Program-made: the position numbers and the translations under genes | Assembly (NCBI RefSeq): GCF_036971445.1 | Contig: NC_091477.1 | Location: forward strand, 31,186,001 to 31,250,000 | Direction of reading: 5' to 3' | Length of the DNA stretch: 64,000 nucleotides | From: Narcine bancroftii | Taxonomy: Eukaryota | The notes under the pieces: generated by a model | The model's input: only the letters and a program-made list of their open reading frames with translations | Database searches by the model: none | Told to the model about the DNA's origin: nothing | Shown: one piece after another, positions 12,491-25,470 of the stretch | Layout: the number at the start of each line of letters is the position of its first letter | Position numbering within the stretch: the first letter of the stretch is position 1

Positions 12491-13069
12491 TAAATGAAAG
12501 TAGTAGAACATGGGAAATATTTTCCCCCAGTGTGCAGGAGACATCCTTACCAATAATTATCTCAGAAACTTTTAATGTGACAATTTCAAAACAAAAGCTT
12601 GAAAGAGGGAGTTAAGATTGATTCGGGGTGTTTAAAATATGGTGAACTTCACAACATCATGCATACTAGTGAAATTGCTCTTCTCTGCAAACGGAGTTAA
12701 CTATAAACAGAATCTGACTTTTCTGGAATACAGCTCTACCTACTTTTGAGGAAACAAAAATCAGTGTCAGTTCTGCGGAGACAAGTTGCTCGCATTGTTC
12801 TGAAGTGAGTTGCAGTAAAGGAAATTGCACACAGATATGACTGAATTTGGATGGATTAACAAGTCTCTAAATAGCAGCAGTACAAATTTGGCATGAGATA
12901 TAGAATTCACTTCTACCCACAAAACTGGAGTGGACAATTGAAAGGTCTCAAAAAATTTTTATTTACTGATATTGTTTAATATAAAAATGCCCTGCAAACT
13001 TTGATTCGTCAACCAGAAGTTAAAACTCTGCCCTTTCAATTTTAAGTCAACTTAATTTGTAATTCATAA

Positions 13070-13692
13070 GATAGGTGGAGAGGCAAGAAGTGAGAGAGAA
13101 ACAGATGGATAGATCAGGAGAATGGGTAAAGAAGTGGGAAATGAAATACCATGTTGGTAAGTGTATGGTCATGCACTTTGGTAGAAGGAATAAAAGGGAA
13201 GACTATTATTTGGATAGGGAGAAAATTCAAAATTCGAAGGTACAAAGGAACTTGCGAGTCCTCATGCAGTATATCCTGAAGGCTAAGCTTCAGGTTGAGT
13301 CAGTGGCGAAGAAGGTGAATGCAGTATTGGCATTCACATCAAGAGGAAACGGATACAAGAGCAGGGATGTGATGTTGAGGTTAGAGGCTCCGATAGCTCA
13401 GTGGTTAGAGCACTGGTCTTGTAAACCAAGGCCACGAGTTCATTCCTCATTTCTGTGAGGGGCGATTGACAAAGTGGCAACTCTCTGTCTTCCTTACAGT
13501 AGATAAGGTTAAATGAATCTCACGTATGTTATCTTCTAAATGTAGTATTACGTGACAAGATTGGAACCTTTACCTTGGAGGCCTCACTTGGAGCACGGGG
13601 TAGAGTTTTAGGCATCCTTATTTAAGAAAGGATGTGCTGGCATTGGAGAGGGTTCAGATAAGATTCACAAGAATTATTCCTGGAATGAAGGG
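13070..13692 (+). mobile_element. CR1 LINE RT fragment interrupted by a tRNA-derived SINE
   Basis: KKWEMKYHVGKCMVMHFGRRN...KKVNAVLAF; resumes after 13577 with gaggcctcacttggag...ttggagagggttcag (RPHLE, LERVQ). Confidence 0.8.
13386..13576 (+). mobile_element. tRNA-Thr(UGU)-derived SINE with LINE-type 3' tail
   Basis: Head GGCTCCGATAGCTCAGTGGTTAGAGCACTGGTCTTGTAAACCAAGG closely matches vertebrate tRNA-Thr(TGT). The 3' acceptor stem is missing and is replaced by a tail ending ttacgtgacaagattggaacctttacctt. Confidence 0.75.
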
Positions 13693-14313
13693 AACCAGAG
13701 CACTTGGGGAAAACCCATGCAGGTCAAGGGTAAAACATACAAACTCCTTATGGATTTGACACTGTAATAGCTTCCTGTTGACTGCTATGTAACCGTGCTA
13801 ATCTAACACAGAAGTCTGCAATGAAAAACATCCTTATTTTTGGTTTTGCTGATTTCCTAAAAGGAACAGAAAGAGGACCAGTGTATCATCCTAAACTTCT
13901 CTAAGCATTGTTCAATACTTACTAAACTATTCCTTTTTTTAAAAAAAGCTGCATTAGTAAGAGTTTCCATTTAAAAGGCATTTTACTGAATTCATGGGAA
14001 ATTTTAAATCCTTCACAAACATTTTTTTTTAAAATCTAGTCACAAGTAGTTAACATTCAGCCCCAAAACAAAAACAGTCCAATAATGCTGATGTTGCTTC
14101 TGGGATAAGCATTGGGTAGAATAATGTTCTAATGTTCAGAATAAAGTCACTAATGTTCAAATCCTGCATTATTAGCTAATGGCTTCTATCCATTGCGTGG
14201 GACTTTGATTTCATATTTTAGCTGATTAATGATGTAAATATAATTAGGAGATGCACTTTATTTTGCTCTTTTACCCATGAAAATTGAACCTGAGGGCAAG
14301 TTGAGATACTCAC

Positions 14314-14457
14314 ATGCAATGCGGACAAAAGCTTTTTGACTTTTCGTGGTGCCTGAGGAACTCCATGCCACACACTGGCACCAATATTCTTCCAAGCCAA
14401 ACATCTTCTCGACTTGCTGGCGTGAAATATCAGTTTTAACCCGTAGCACCATGAGCC
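14314..14457 (-). CDS. unc5a: UNC5 (most likely UNC5A) coding exon, C-terminal part of Ig1 (equivalent to exon 3)
   Basis: Translates (G)[47 protein letters not shown]. [28 protein letters not shown] is UNC5A-type. Acceptor ttgttgtttacAG|GG, donor GCAT|GTGAGT; 144 bp; splices in frame to 38928-39149 (G|GG = Gly). Confidence 0.93.
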
Positions 14458-17164
14458 CTGTAAACAACAATAATTTTATCAGCGAAGAATGAAAACCTCA
14501 GTTCTAATCTACCTCACCACAGGCCATGGAAGTTACAACTAGTGCTCGCCTTCAAGAATGTCTCTGTAAAATCTATCACTTCATCATTTGCATTAGATCA
14601 AGCTTTATATGGCAGACAGTTTTCTTCAATGCCTTTTTTTTTAAAAAGAAGCATTGCTCATATGTTCCAAGCAAATTGGGTAGACCATAATTATTTGTTA
14701 ATAAGAATTTTGCTAAAAAGCAATGAAGGGCATTCTTTAAAAAAATGGTGTTTGATGATAACTCCAGGTAGTTCATTCCAATGTATCAACTTAAGGAGAA
14801 TCAAGTAAGGCAGTAATTGTACAGGATGAAATGATTTGTGACCTGGAGGGAATCATATGGCTGAAAAATTGTTCTCCTTTTCAGCACCAAAGATTTCATG
14901 GTCAATAGATTTTTTTCAGATATTCAGAAATATTTGAAATAACAGCTATCGTAAATTCCAGTATTAATGAGAATATCCACCTTCAGTTGCTTATTTTAAT
15001 CAGGGACAATTTGTGAATGAAGAACCAAGAGGAAAACATAGTCTTGTAACAACAAAACCATTAGATACACATCAAGCTAAGTGGATAATTTTTAAAAATG
15101 GGCAATAAAAAAATGTCCAACTCTAAATATTTTACATGTTGGTATACAAGATGACAATAAGACAACCTCAGAATTTCAATTTAAAATGTTAGTTTTGAGC
15201 TATACTTGCTGTATAAAACTATCCCAAGTATAGCACTTACCACTGAGAGCATACTGCCCCAATAGTCCTTTACCAACAATCCCAATGACAAGCGGAATGA
15301 TGCCGTCACAATATTTTAAAAACAAATGACCTTATGAAAGGTTTAGATTTATTAATATAATTAAAATATTGTTGGCTCCTTTAACATGCCCTTTAAAGCC
15401 TGCAACGAGCCAATGGCAGTCAGGCTGGGTGGATGAACTCTGCAGGGGGGCGCTGAGACTTCGCTGTTCATCAGCTGTTGCAGTTGGACTGAGCGGATGG
15501 ACCCCACAGGCAAGTACTGAGTTTTTGCTGTTTGTCAGCTGTTGCAAATAGCCCCTGGTATATGCGGTTAGCTTTATTTGTTGTGTTGTTTTTTTTAAGG
15601 TATATTAGACAAGTTTATAATACATTATTATTATTTTTATATCACATTACTATTAATCCAATCTCCTGAATGTAAGTTTCAGTTAAGAAAAAAATTAGTG
15701 GTAGGACTGTAGGAGTTAAGTGAGTGTTTTATGCTGTTCTCCATTGCCATGGGGGACACATTAAACCACAGGATATTAAGATTTGGATTTTATACTCGTA
15801 CAAGATGACACCTAGCTTGGGGGTGACATTTTTAAGTTTCAAATATCATCTAATCTGCCAACATAAATGATAATTTTCCATGATCTGTAAATAAATTTGC
15901 AAAATATGAATTTCACTCTTTGTATGTTCTCAGGTAAGTAAGAACAAAGATTAACATATTACACAGTAAAATTAAGATAAATAAAAATAATAAATATTTC
16001 CTGATAGGCATTTAAGCATTATAATATATTTACAAAACTATAAATTGAACCAATGAGAATATGGATCCTCTGTCTGTTCGTGCCAGTTTGGCATGAAGTA
16101 TTACACAAAAGGCTCCTTGTTATTGCTTACCAGCTGTTTGTTAGCTCCAGGGTTACTATTTCTTAAATAGACAGCCCGCAAAACTTTACACTTCAAATCT
16201 TACAATGTGAAGCTAATTTCAGAACAAAAATTTCAGTTGTAGAAATGTTTTGCATTGCTTGAAGCAAAATAAAAGTAGTTGAATCTAAACGGCAGAAAGA
16301 TTACTACTGCCTTGGTGGTACAAGATGTCCAAGAGTATAGGAAAGTGGCCAGGACTGTCAGATGGTATGGTCAAGCCTGGTGTCTGTGTTGCCCATAATA
16401 TCAGCGTCCATCCCTGCAGGGAAACCATGAAAGAAATCTGTCAGCCATGAAAGCATCTGAAAAAAAATTTTTATTGTCCATATAATCACTGGTGAATCTA
16501 CTTCAGGCAGCTGGAGAAGTAACATGGCTCTTGAAAGGAAGAACAAGAGTACAATTACCCAACCTATAGGAGAACATTTGAGTTGTTTTATGATGTATTC
16601 ACATGGTACATGTCTCATCCTATTGATTATCTGCCAATGGAAAGACAACTCTGGTGAGAAGGGAGAACATAAACTCAAAATCCCAGTTAAAAAGCCAAAC
16701 TAATCACACAAATTCACCCAAGCAATTACTTCTTTTCGGCATATTTTTAAGCAGCTTGTCTCACACATTGGACAGTTTCATGCTCAGTTTATCAGTATGT
16801 ATTTAGAAATTTTCAAAACAGGACAAAGAATACCCAAACATTACCACAATAATTTATAGAGGCATCAATCATGATTAGTGCCACACTTGCAAAATTCCAC
16901 ATTCAAATGCAGAATCAGAACATACTACAGATTATGACAAATTTATGAAACCAAGTTTCAAGGTGTAATATTTTTCACACAGCATTTTTTAATGGAATAT
17001 TACATGTGCATTCAAAGATAAATTAATATGAAAGATGAAAAGCATTTTACTTCAGAGAAATTTAATAATTGGAGCAGGTAGGCCTTCAATTTGACCTGGT
17101 GGAGGTTGAATTGGAGAGCCTCAATATTTTCCCTCCAAAGTTTTGGAATAATTTGCATGTTTCA

Positions 17165-17470
17165 CGGAACAGAACAGTGCGGCCCACGAACTAGTCCTTC
17201 CGCCCACAATGCCTGCTTCAAACACAATGCCAAATTAAACTAAATTTCCCCTGCCTGCATTTGATCCAAAACCTACAGATTCCTACAGATTCCTGTGTCT
17301 ATCTGAAAGTTTCTTAAGTGCTAATATTGTATTTGCTTCTATCACTATCCTTGGCGATATATTCCAGGTATCTTCCACACTCTGTGTTGGAAACTTGCCT
17401 GGCACATCTCATTCAAACCTTCCACTTTCAAGGTTCCTTTATTGCCTTTTGCCTAAATACACAAAATTTG
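17165..17470 (-). mobile_element. CR1 LINE 3' end, degraded
   Basis: Reverse CR1 3' sequence (cctgcctgcatttgatcc...tatctgaaagtttcttaa...attccaggtatcttccacactctgtgt). Confidence 0.5.
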
Positions 17471-19310
17471 TTTAATTTGCCTGTAAAGGGACAAAGAGGT
17501 GCTACTAGACTCGCACCCTGACCAAGAAGAGGAAGAGTAGGGGAAGAGTGTCCATTCATGGACATCAAGTGTCTGTGGACTCCATCATCTTCTCTGATGC
17601 TATTGCCTCTTGTGCTTCCAAAGATGGACAGCCTCCTGTCCGATCCAATTGTGAAAGCTGGCTCAGGCATCCTAGTCACACTCCTTGGCACCTGGTTTGA
17701 ACCCCCAAGACGATTAGAAAGCTGTTAATGTCCAAGGCTCTTTGGCAGCCATGCTCATTATTGGCATCATCATGTATCCTGGTCCTGATACCTGGTTACT
17801 ATGAGCCAGTTTGCACCAGCTCCCAGACAGGCCACAACATAGTGTGTGCAATTTGGCCATTGAGCATTTCCACTGTTTTTGTCTCTTCCTCAGTAGGGTC
17901 TTCTCCTTCTCAGTAGGGTGGTGTACTCCCGCTCTGGTGCCTTGGAAGCTCCGCAAAACCCCGCAACTCTCATGAGACAGGCTGCCAAGCATGGGTTCCA
18001 CTACCTTGGACACAGAACTTCCTCAGTTCTCCGATGTTCAGAGATCACAAGCTGTTTGTCCCTGCCTGATGTTATCAGCAGAATGACAGGGAATAAGGGC
18101 CCTGCAGAAATTGATGAAAGATACATTTCCATTCCTCACTCTTCCTGGTCTGCACTGGTACTGTTGTTACCACAGCAGCGCTGCCATATTCCTTTGTATC
18201 TTAAATGCATGTGCTCTAATCTTTCAAATTTTTACCCTGTAAAGAAGACAACCCTCATAATAAACAAGACTCTCAAAATTTTAAAAACCTTAATCAGTTT
18301 CCTCTAGCCTCTAATGAGTAAGAACAATCAATCCAAGTTTGTCCAACCCCCTATTGTAGATCATACATTCCAACCCTGGCAGCATTATGGCAAGTTTCTT
18401 CTCTCCTCTTACCAAAACTTTCAAATTCTTTTTGAAATGGGGAGAACAGAATTTCACACCACACCCCAAAACTTCATCTTCAGGACCAGTCTGCCATGAG
18501 GGCCTTGGTGAATGCCTTAAAGTCTTGAACTTCCTCTGCCATGATTTGGGAGGGCGCTCATCCCACCAAAGTTGGCAGGATTACTCATGCCATGGCTCTC
18601 AAAATCTTTTTGATTGTCAATGCTCCTCATATCATATCACTATTTACTGAATAGACTTATGTCACCACTGGTAAAAAGCCTCAACTTTTGAGGATGAATG
18701 TCACTCCAGGGGCACAGGTTTGGTAGAGGGACACAAAACTCTTGAGGACATATCTCAAACCCTCATCTGCTTGAGGAATAATTGAAATATCAGCAATCTT
18801 CTCAGCCAAGAACTTCCCATCTTGGTCTTTGTTTTGTTATATTCCTGGGCAATTATTAAAAAAAAATCTCCTTTCACCTGCGATTCATTCTGATATGGAC
18901 CCATTATACTGTATATATCCCTTACTGTGCACAGAATAATTCACTAATAAAATAACCTGACCAAGGAGACTAACTGTCCCTTTGCAGAGAGACCTTAAGT
19001 AGATGATCATTTGTCTTCCATCAACACAAGTAGGAAGTTCAGAATGCTGCATCAACCCTAAGCAAACAAAACTTTATTTTTCAAAGTTAACAGACAAACT
19101 CAACATTCCCTAAAGAATTTCAGACAATGAAATTTGCTCTTTGAAGTATTAAAGGTTGAGAACTAGCTATTTTGTCAATGCCATTTTTGCAATACAGTAT
19201 GGTTGTTTAGTTGTTTCAATATCTCAAATTCTTATTGAGCTCTCTTTATGAACCCCAAATTTAATTCAGCAATGAGTCCACTTCCCTCTGGGAGGGAGGG
19301 AATCTAACTT

Positions 19311-19664
19311 AAAAAAAAATGTTTGAGGCTCTGAAAAGAGCCCTTGGGTTTTTGGTTTGTTTGTCCACACTTTGAGGAGCTTTACTTGGAGCTGGTGTTC
19401 TTCGTCACTGCCTTTGTCCCTTTTGACATGGCATGCTTGGCCAACTCCCCAGGGCAACACGACAGTCTGGATCTCCCAGGAGCTGATGCTGATATCCAGG
19501 TGAAGCTGCTTCATCACTTTGTAAATATTGATGGGTTAACTCTCCTTCATCACCCGCCTGCGCTTCTTGCCCACTGGTTTGGCCAAGGTTTTCTTGACGT
19601 CCTTCTTGGGAGCTGCTTTCTGCAGCTCAGGCATTCCCTCAGTCACTTTCAAACACAAAAATCA
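19311..19664 (-). pseudogene. Processed histone H2B pseudogene (replication-dependent type) with 11-bp TSD
   Basis: ATG at 19634: MPELQKAAPKKDVKKTLAKPVGKKRRRVMKES*PINIYKVMKQLHLDISISSWEIQTV, then after a frameshift PGELAKHAMSKGTKAVTKNTSSK* (TAA 19382-19384). Histone stem-loop follows. TSD GAATCTAACTT at 19300-19310 and 19665-19675. Confidence 0.93.
19327..19342 (-). other. Histone 3' stem-loop (SLBP-binding element)
   Basis: Minus strand GGCTCTTTTCAGAGCC preceded by an A/C-rich flank (CCAAAAACCCAAG); canonical 6-bp stem and 4-nt loop. Confidence 0.9.
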
Positions 19665-20094
19665 GAATCTAACTTGAAGAGTATGTGGTTGCAAACATCT
19701 CAACAACTGCACTTCAATGACCATCCAATTAATCCAAATATCAATCGCCTTTTGAATCCAGAGAAAGATTAATAGTTTCCAAGAGTTTAGTTTTCATTAG
19801 GGTCTAGCATATTTCCCTAGCTTGCACCAATGTACAAGGAAATTTAACCCTTTTTTCAATAAATGCAACGATCATGTCAAACTATCAATGGGAGGAATTA
19901 ATCAAGACTCATTCTGTTGATTTGGGGAAATTTCTTGCTGAAATTATAACCCCAATATAATAAGCCTTCACATCACAAAATGACACAGATCCAACTTGTG
20001 CTTTACTATGCTGTATTTTTGGTCAGTAGGTTTTATCCCAACACTGCCTGCTATTAAAATGGGTACATTCCATAATGATAATGTTTATCGTCAT

Positions 20095-20835
20095 GCAATA
20101 CACAAGAGCGTTGGAAAAACTCAGCAGGACACTCAGAATCCATAGGAAGTAAAGGGTGACAAATGTTTTAGGTCTGAGCCCTTCATCAAGGTATGAGCAA
20201 AAAGCAGACAGGCACCTGAATAAAAGTGGGAGGAGAGGAGGAAGGAAAGGACAGGTGGAGGATTACAGGCCAGCAGGCAAAAGGTCATGGGGGATATACT
20301 GCAGGTGGAAGGGTAGAAGAGAAAAAAAATTGAGGTGCTGGGTGAGGGAATGGTTCTCTGAATGGAGAGGGAAGGGGGTGGGTATCTCTAGGAAAGAAAA
20401 CAGGGGGATATGGAAAGAGAGGGACTCTGGAGAGGGGGTTAATGGGAACTAGAGACAACTATATTAATGTTGTCTGGTTGAAGAGTGACCGGACGAAACA
20501 TTAAGTATTGTTTCTCCAACTTGTGGGTAGTCTCAATTGGCTGTACATGAGGCCATGGATAGACCTGTTGGTGTAGGAAAGTGTGTGTGGGATTAAAATG
20601 TTTGCCACAGGGAAGTCCCTGTTATTGCTGCAAACAGAGCAAATGTGCTCAATGAAATGATCTTCCAGTCTGCAGACAGATTCTCCAATGTAGAGGAGGC
20701 CACACTAGGAGCACCCAATGCAGTGAATGACTCTTGCAGATTCACAAGTAAAGTGTTGTTTCACTTGGAAGCATTGTTTGGAGCCCCAAATGGTGGTGAG
20801 GGAGGAGGTTTGGGTGCATGTGCGGGGTTACAGAG
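20095..20835 (-). mobile_element. Penelope-like element remnant (GIY-YIG endonuclease region + terminal repeat)
   Basis: Minus strand 20640-20790 reads FQVKQHFTCESARVIHCIGCS*CGLLYIGESVCRLEDHFIEH (GIY-YIG). Terminal repeat with a decayed hammerhead motif at ~20157-20192. Confidence 0.8.
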
Positions 20836-23800
20836 GTAGGTGCCGAGAACAATGTACACATGCAGTATGGAGAGATGATAAATATTTGATTGGCCGTTAG
20901 TGCAAGAAAAAAGTGGCACTTCATTAGTGCAGACTGATCTTTTTGTGGTTATGGAGTAGCTTATGGTTGGGGTTGCAAGGGATGTTTCAAAGACCAGATC
21001 GCCATTGGAAAAAAAAGCAGTTCTTAAACCTTAAGGTGCTGGACTTCAGTCTTCTATATCTTTTTCCTGAAGGTAGCAGCAAGAAAAGGCTGTCATTTTC
21101 TAACCAATTATATGACAGTGAATGGCTAGAAAATTCAAATGAACATGTATTTTAAAATATGCACTCCTGCCAAACAAACCTACCACTGGAAACTGCAAAA
21201 TTTAGAATGCTAAACTGTCTTTTATTTGTCATGCAGCCAATAATTAGGTGCCTATTTAAAGTATTCCACGTCACTAAATTTTAACCTTTACCATTCACCA
21301 TTGTGAATAATTTATCAGGATTAAATTCATTAATTCCTTTTAGAACCTTGAAAATTTCAATTACAACAGCTTTAAATTTCCTCACTGAACCATTAGTTCA
21401 CCAAGCCACTTTCTAACTGAATGCATTATCATCAGGGAGGGGGGGGGGGGAGGGGAGAGGAGAAATGAATAAAATTGGAATTTTGTTGGAAAAACATGGC
21501 AGGCTGCATTGTATGTCCCATTCATTGGAATGGGGTCATCAATCTTGATTAAGAAAGACAAGTGTAGATAACTGGGATTTTTAAGCTTTATTTTATTAAA
21601 TGCACCACATTGCACTCAACTTGGACTGAGGCTCACATTCATCTCCTGTAGCATCACTAACTTTTTCCAACTGAACAGGTCCGATCAAGCTCAAAACAGC
21701 CCTGCTGTGGCCAGCCTGAGCAGTAAGGAAGCTCGTGAGTGCCTTGCAACTGCTCCACCATATTATAAAATCAGAGCTGATCATTTTTCTGCACGAGCTC
21801 TATATCCCTCAGTTAATTAACATCCCAAAGTCTATCAACCTACATTGAATATATCAGGCAACTGAGTCACCACAACTATGACAGGTAGAGAATTCCAAGG
21901 CATCAGTATCCTCTTTGTGAGAAGATCTTTCTTCGTCTCTGTACTGAAATCCTGATCAACTTATTTTGAGATATGACTCCCACTTCTTTACACCCAAGAG
22001 GAAACATCAAATCTTCATCTGCCCTGACAAGCAAAGTATTTTACATCTTGAGATAAAAGGATATATTTGGGAAAAAAAAAGTTGAAACAGATTTAAATCA
22101 TTAAAAAAATTATAATTTGATTTAAAACACAACTGAATATATTAAAAAATGAAATGAATGACGACAATGAAAAAACTCCACGCTGGCCAACAACCCTATT
22201 CAAGCAGATGGTATTCCCTTGTGTAAAGTGGAGGAGCTTCGCTCAACTCCATGCTCGGTCTTGGTCAAAGAGTAATGCAAAGTGCAGCTGTAGTGGCATC
22301 TAACCTCCACCACTTTCCTGACTTGTCCACAACAGGGAGAAAATAATCAGCACATTTCAGGAACAATAAGTAATTTTTTAAAAATCCTTTAAATAAATTT
22401 GTAAAAGCCTTTGATGGTCAGAGGCATTTATAAGGCAGGCCAATCAATAGGGAGTTGGAAGTGAAAGACTATTTCATCCAGAATTGCAAGCATCATGTAT
22501 TCCTTTCTAATTGGCATTACTCATTGTGCACAAATGCCTATAGGATGCAATATAAATACAGGAATGTAGCAGAGATTTCAGGCAGTTTCAAAGAAATTTC
22601 AAGAATTTCCACACATTTGAAATTGAATCACAGTCCTCAAAATGCCTTCTGACAAACCAAATTTCTAGTGGCTCACCTTCAATTATAACAGCTCGGGTGA
22701 TGCAGTTTTCAAAAGAGAATGTGGAAAATAATCCACCATTAAATGCATTAAACCTGCAAATTGGTAATCTTCATATGTTAATTTCTCTCAAACTTGGTGT
22801 CAGGAGAAGCATCCAAGGAATATACATTCCTACATGATGGATTTAGCGTCTGCAACAGTGAATTAATTCTACCATGTGTTTCATGATTAATCTATTTTCG
22901 TGACAAAATTTAAAAAATCATTTGAACTTATTCTAAATTACTTTGAAGAGATGAGACTAGAAATTCTATTGCTTGTGGCAACAGTTTTATATGCCAAGAT
23001 TGGTCCCCTCATGCACACAAGGCACACTTCATGACATTCAGTCTCTGTATTTGACACCCTCTTGCAAAGATGATCACAGAGAGTTCAGTGGCCTCAACTG
23101 GCATTCGTGACTAATGCAACTCTGCACCAAATACACCACATGCAAACAATACAGGTTTTAACAGATGGAGCACACTGTTACAAGAGAAGTCCATAATCCC
23201 AGAGGTTAAAAGGCCCTAACATATCTGGAGAACAGCTGTGGAACCTGAAAGTTCCCCATCGCAGCTGTTCTTCCTTCAGGTAAATGCAATCACTTTGCAA
23301 CACCTTATCACTGAATTAATTTCTTGCTTTGTCAAATCCATGTAGCTGACATACAAATGATATCAATGTTAAAAGAGGTCAGGCTTGAGCATCTTCAACT
23401 CATCTGAGCAGGAGAGAAATTTATCTTGAATCTTGCAGCATGCAGTCTTCTTGTCCCTTGTGTTCCTGGAGACTCGATCAACCACTGGCATCCATATTTC
23501 ATATGTCTAACTCCAGCACGTTGCCCTATTGGCTGGAGGAATTAGTTGCATGTTCTTAACCATGCCCTTTGCCTGCATAAAAGCCACTTCTAAGTATCAC
23601 CACTAGGGTTGATAAGGATAGCAAATTCCAGCATTTGTCTGACCTGTGCCTTGTAGGAAGGCTTTGGGGAGTCAGGAGGTGATCTGCAATTTCAGGGATC
23701 TGCAAAAAAACAAAATTGCTGGAAGAACTCAGCAGGTTTTTCCCCAGCACCATTGATGAAGGCTGAATGGCAGTTTTGCAGCTGCAGTAACAGTGATGTT

Positions 23801-23899
23801 GCCACTGGTGTGGATTTGGGAAGAGTAGGAAGCTGAGACAAGTATTCCACTGTTCCTCCATGGTGTCCTACTGCTCAGTCAATGTGCCAATAGCCACAT

Positions 23900-24824
23900 G
23901 CATGTTTAAACCACCACTAAAATAGGGCCAGCAGAGTTTTTCCTTAAAGAAACAATATTGGAGAACCCAAGGAGGTCTGTGCTCAAGAGGGCAGTGTCCA
24001 TGGTTGGTGGCACAGACCATATTGGTTGCAGGTTCTGAGGGGAGCAGTGGACCAGTACAGGGCATGAGAGTGGGAGAACATCACTTTGCCAAGGAGAAGC
24101 TTGTGAGATGAGCTTAGGAGACAAGAGCAGCAGACCAGCAGGGCTTGGCAAATGAAGACATTGCATATGGCTGTGAGCCTCGGAGACTGGGTTGTGGGAT
24201 TCAAGTATCGGGACTAGGATTCATGAGGATGCCAATGGAAAACAGGGTTCCTGAAGGGCCTTGGGTGTTTACAGCTTCCGAATCGGATTCAGGGTTCAGA
24301 TGTAAAGGGTGAAGATGGTGACTTGGATCCTGGACCTCGTGGCTAAGGAGTTATAGGAGTGCAGCATGCGGTGACATCAGAGGAAGTGGCAAGATTCACA
24401 GACACTCAATATTTCTGTAGGGACACTCTTTTGCTTCGCTTTCTCTTCTTGGTGGGGTCATTGCATGAGTGGCATCTTAGGAACCAGGTATCGGAACCGC
24501 AATTCAAGAAGGTGTTGATGGCAGGAAGGGCTCCCAAACGGTCTCAAGCTCTAAAGGCTTCTTGATTGTATCGAAGGTTTGGATCTGGAGCTCATGTTGC
24601 CAGTGGATAGAACAGGGGTCTGTGCAGCTGCAGAGGTTGCGGGGGGCGCTGGGGTGAATCCACGGACACTCAATGACTCTTTCTTTGCTTCTTTTTCACT
24701 CTTATTGTAAGGGGTGCAGGGCAACACTAATAGCAACTCTTTGCCTCACAGCAAGCAGAAGGAAATTTTGTGTAATATTACATGCTCTGTACTATAACAT
24801 GACAATAAAGGAATCTTGATTCTT
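23900..24824 (+). mobile_element. Copy of a non-coding, LINE-tailed non-autonomous retroelement family
   Basis: Shares blocks (ggtttggatctggagctc; actctttctttgcttct) and the tail catgacaataaaggaatcttgattctt with 31280-32128 and 35770-36115. Left boundary uncertain. Confidence 0.6.
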
Positions 24825-24829
24825 AACTT

Positions 24830-25470
24830 GCTCTTATAATTTTGTCTTTATGAGGTTGATCCAGTTGATTTTGAGGTTAATGGTGATGGAGAATTCAGTG
24901 AAGGTAATGCCACTGAATGTGAAGTGCAGATGGTTGGAGGCTATCATTGCCCAGAACATGTACGCTGCAGAAATTTCCTGTAACTCATCTGCATCCACCT
25001 GATCATTGTCTGTCTTGCTTGATACAGGCATGGAGAACTTTATTAGTTAAGGAATTGCCAATGAAATATAACACTGCCAGATCTATGAATATTCTTACTT
25101 CTGGCCTTATGATGGAAGGAAGGCTCATCAGTAAAGCAACTGAAGCCTTGCACACCACACCGAGGAACCCCTGCAGTGATTCCATGGGCCTGTAGTGATT
25201 GATCTTGAAGGAGAAACATTTTTTATTTGTGCAGGATAGGACTCCAGCCATCAATTTTCCTTTTGATGGTCACTGACTTCACTCGCGTCAGATACCTTGT
25301 TACTACAGTGAAATGTTACCTTGATGCAAAGGGCAATCACAATGACCTCATCTTTGAAGTTCAGCTCTTAGGCTCACGTTTGGACCAAGGCTGGCATGGG
25401 GTCTGGAGCTGAGTGTCTTTGGTGAAACCTAAACAGCGAATAGGTCATTGGTGAGTGAGGGCCACTTGCT
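24830..25470 (-). mobile_element. Old CR1/L2-group LINE RT fragment
   Basis: Minus strand gives HLHFTFSGITFTEFSITIN-like RT C-terminal remnants; heavily degraded. Confidence 0.45.

Noticed and set aside
13386-13458. Functional tRNA-Thr gene
   Set aside because: The T-arm is degenerate, the 3' acceptor strand is absent, and it is fused to a retroelement tail inside a CR1.
1-14313. Next UNC5A exon (YLRKNFEQEP...)
   Set aside because: Not found by eye or in the ORF track; probably beyond the left edge, though a short exon could have been missed.
19382-19634. Functional H2B gene
   Set aside because: Premature TAA at 19536-19538, a ~35-codon deletion, a frameshift and no promoter.
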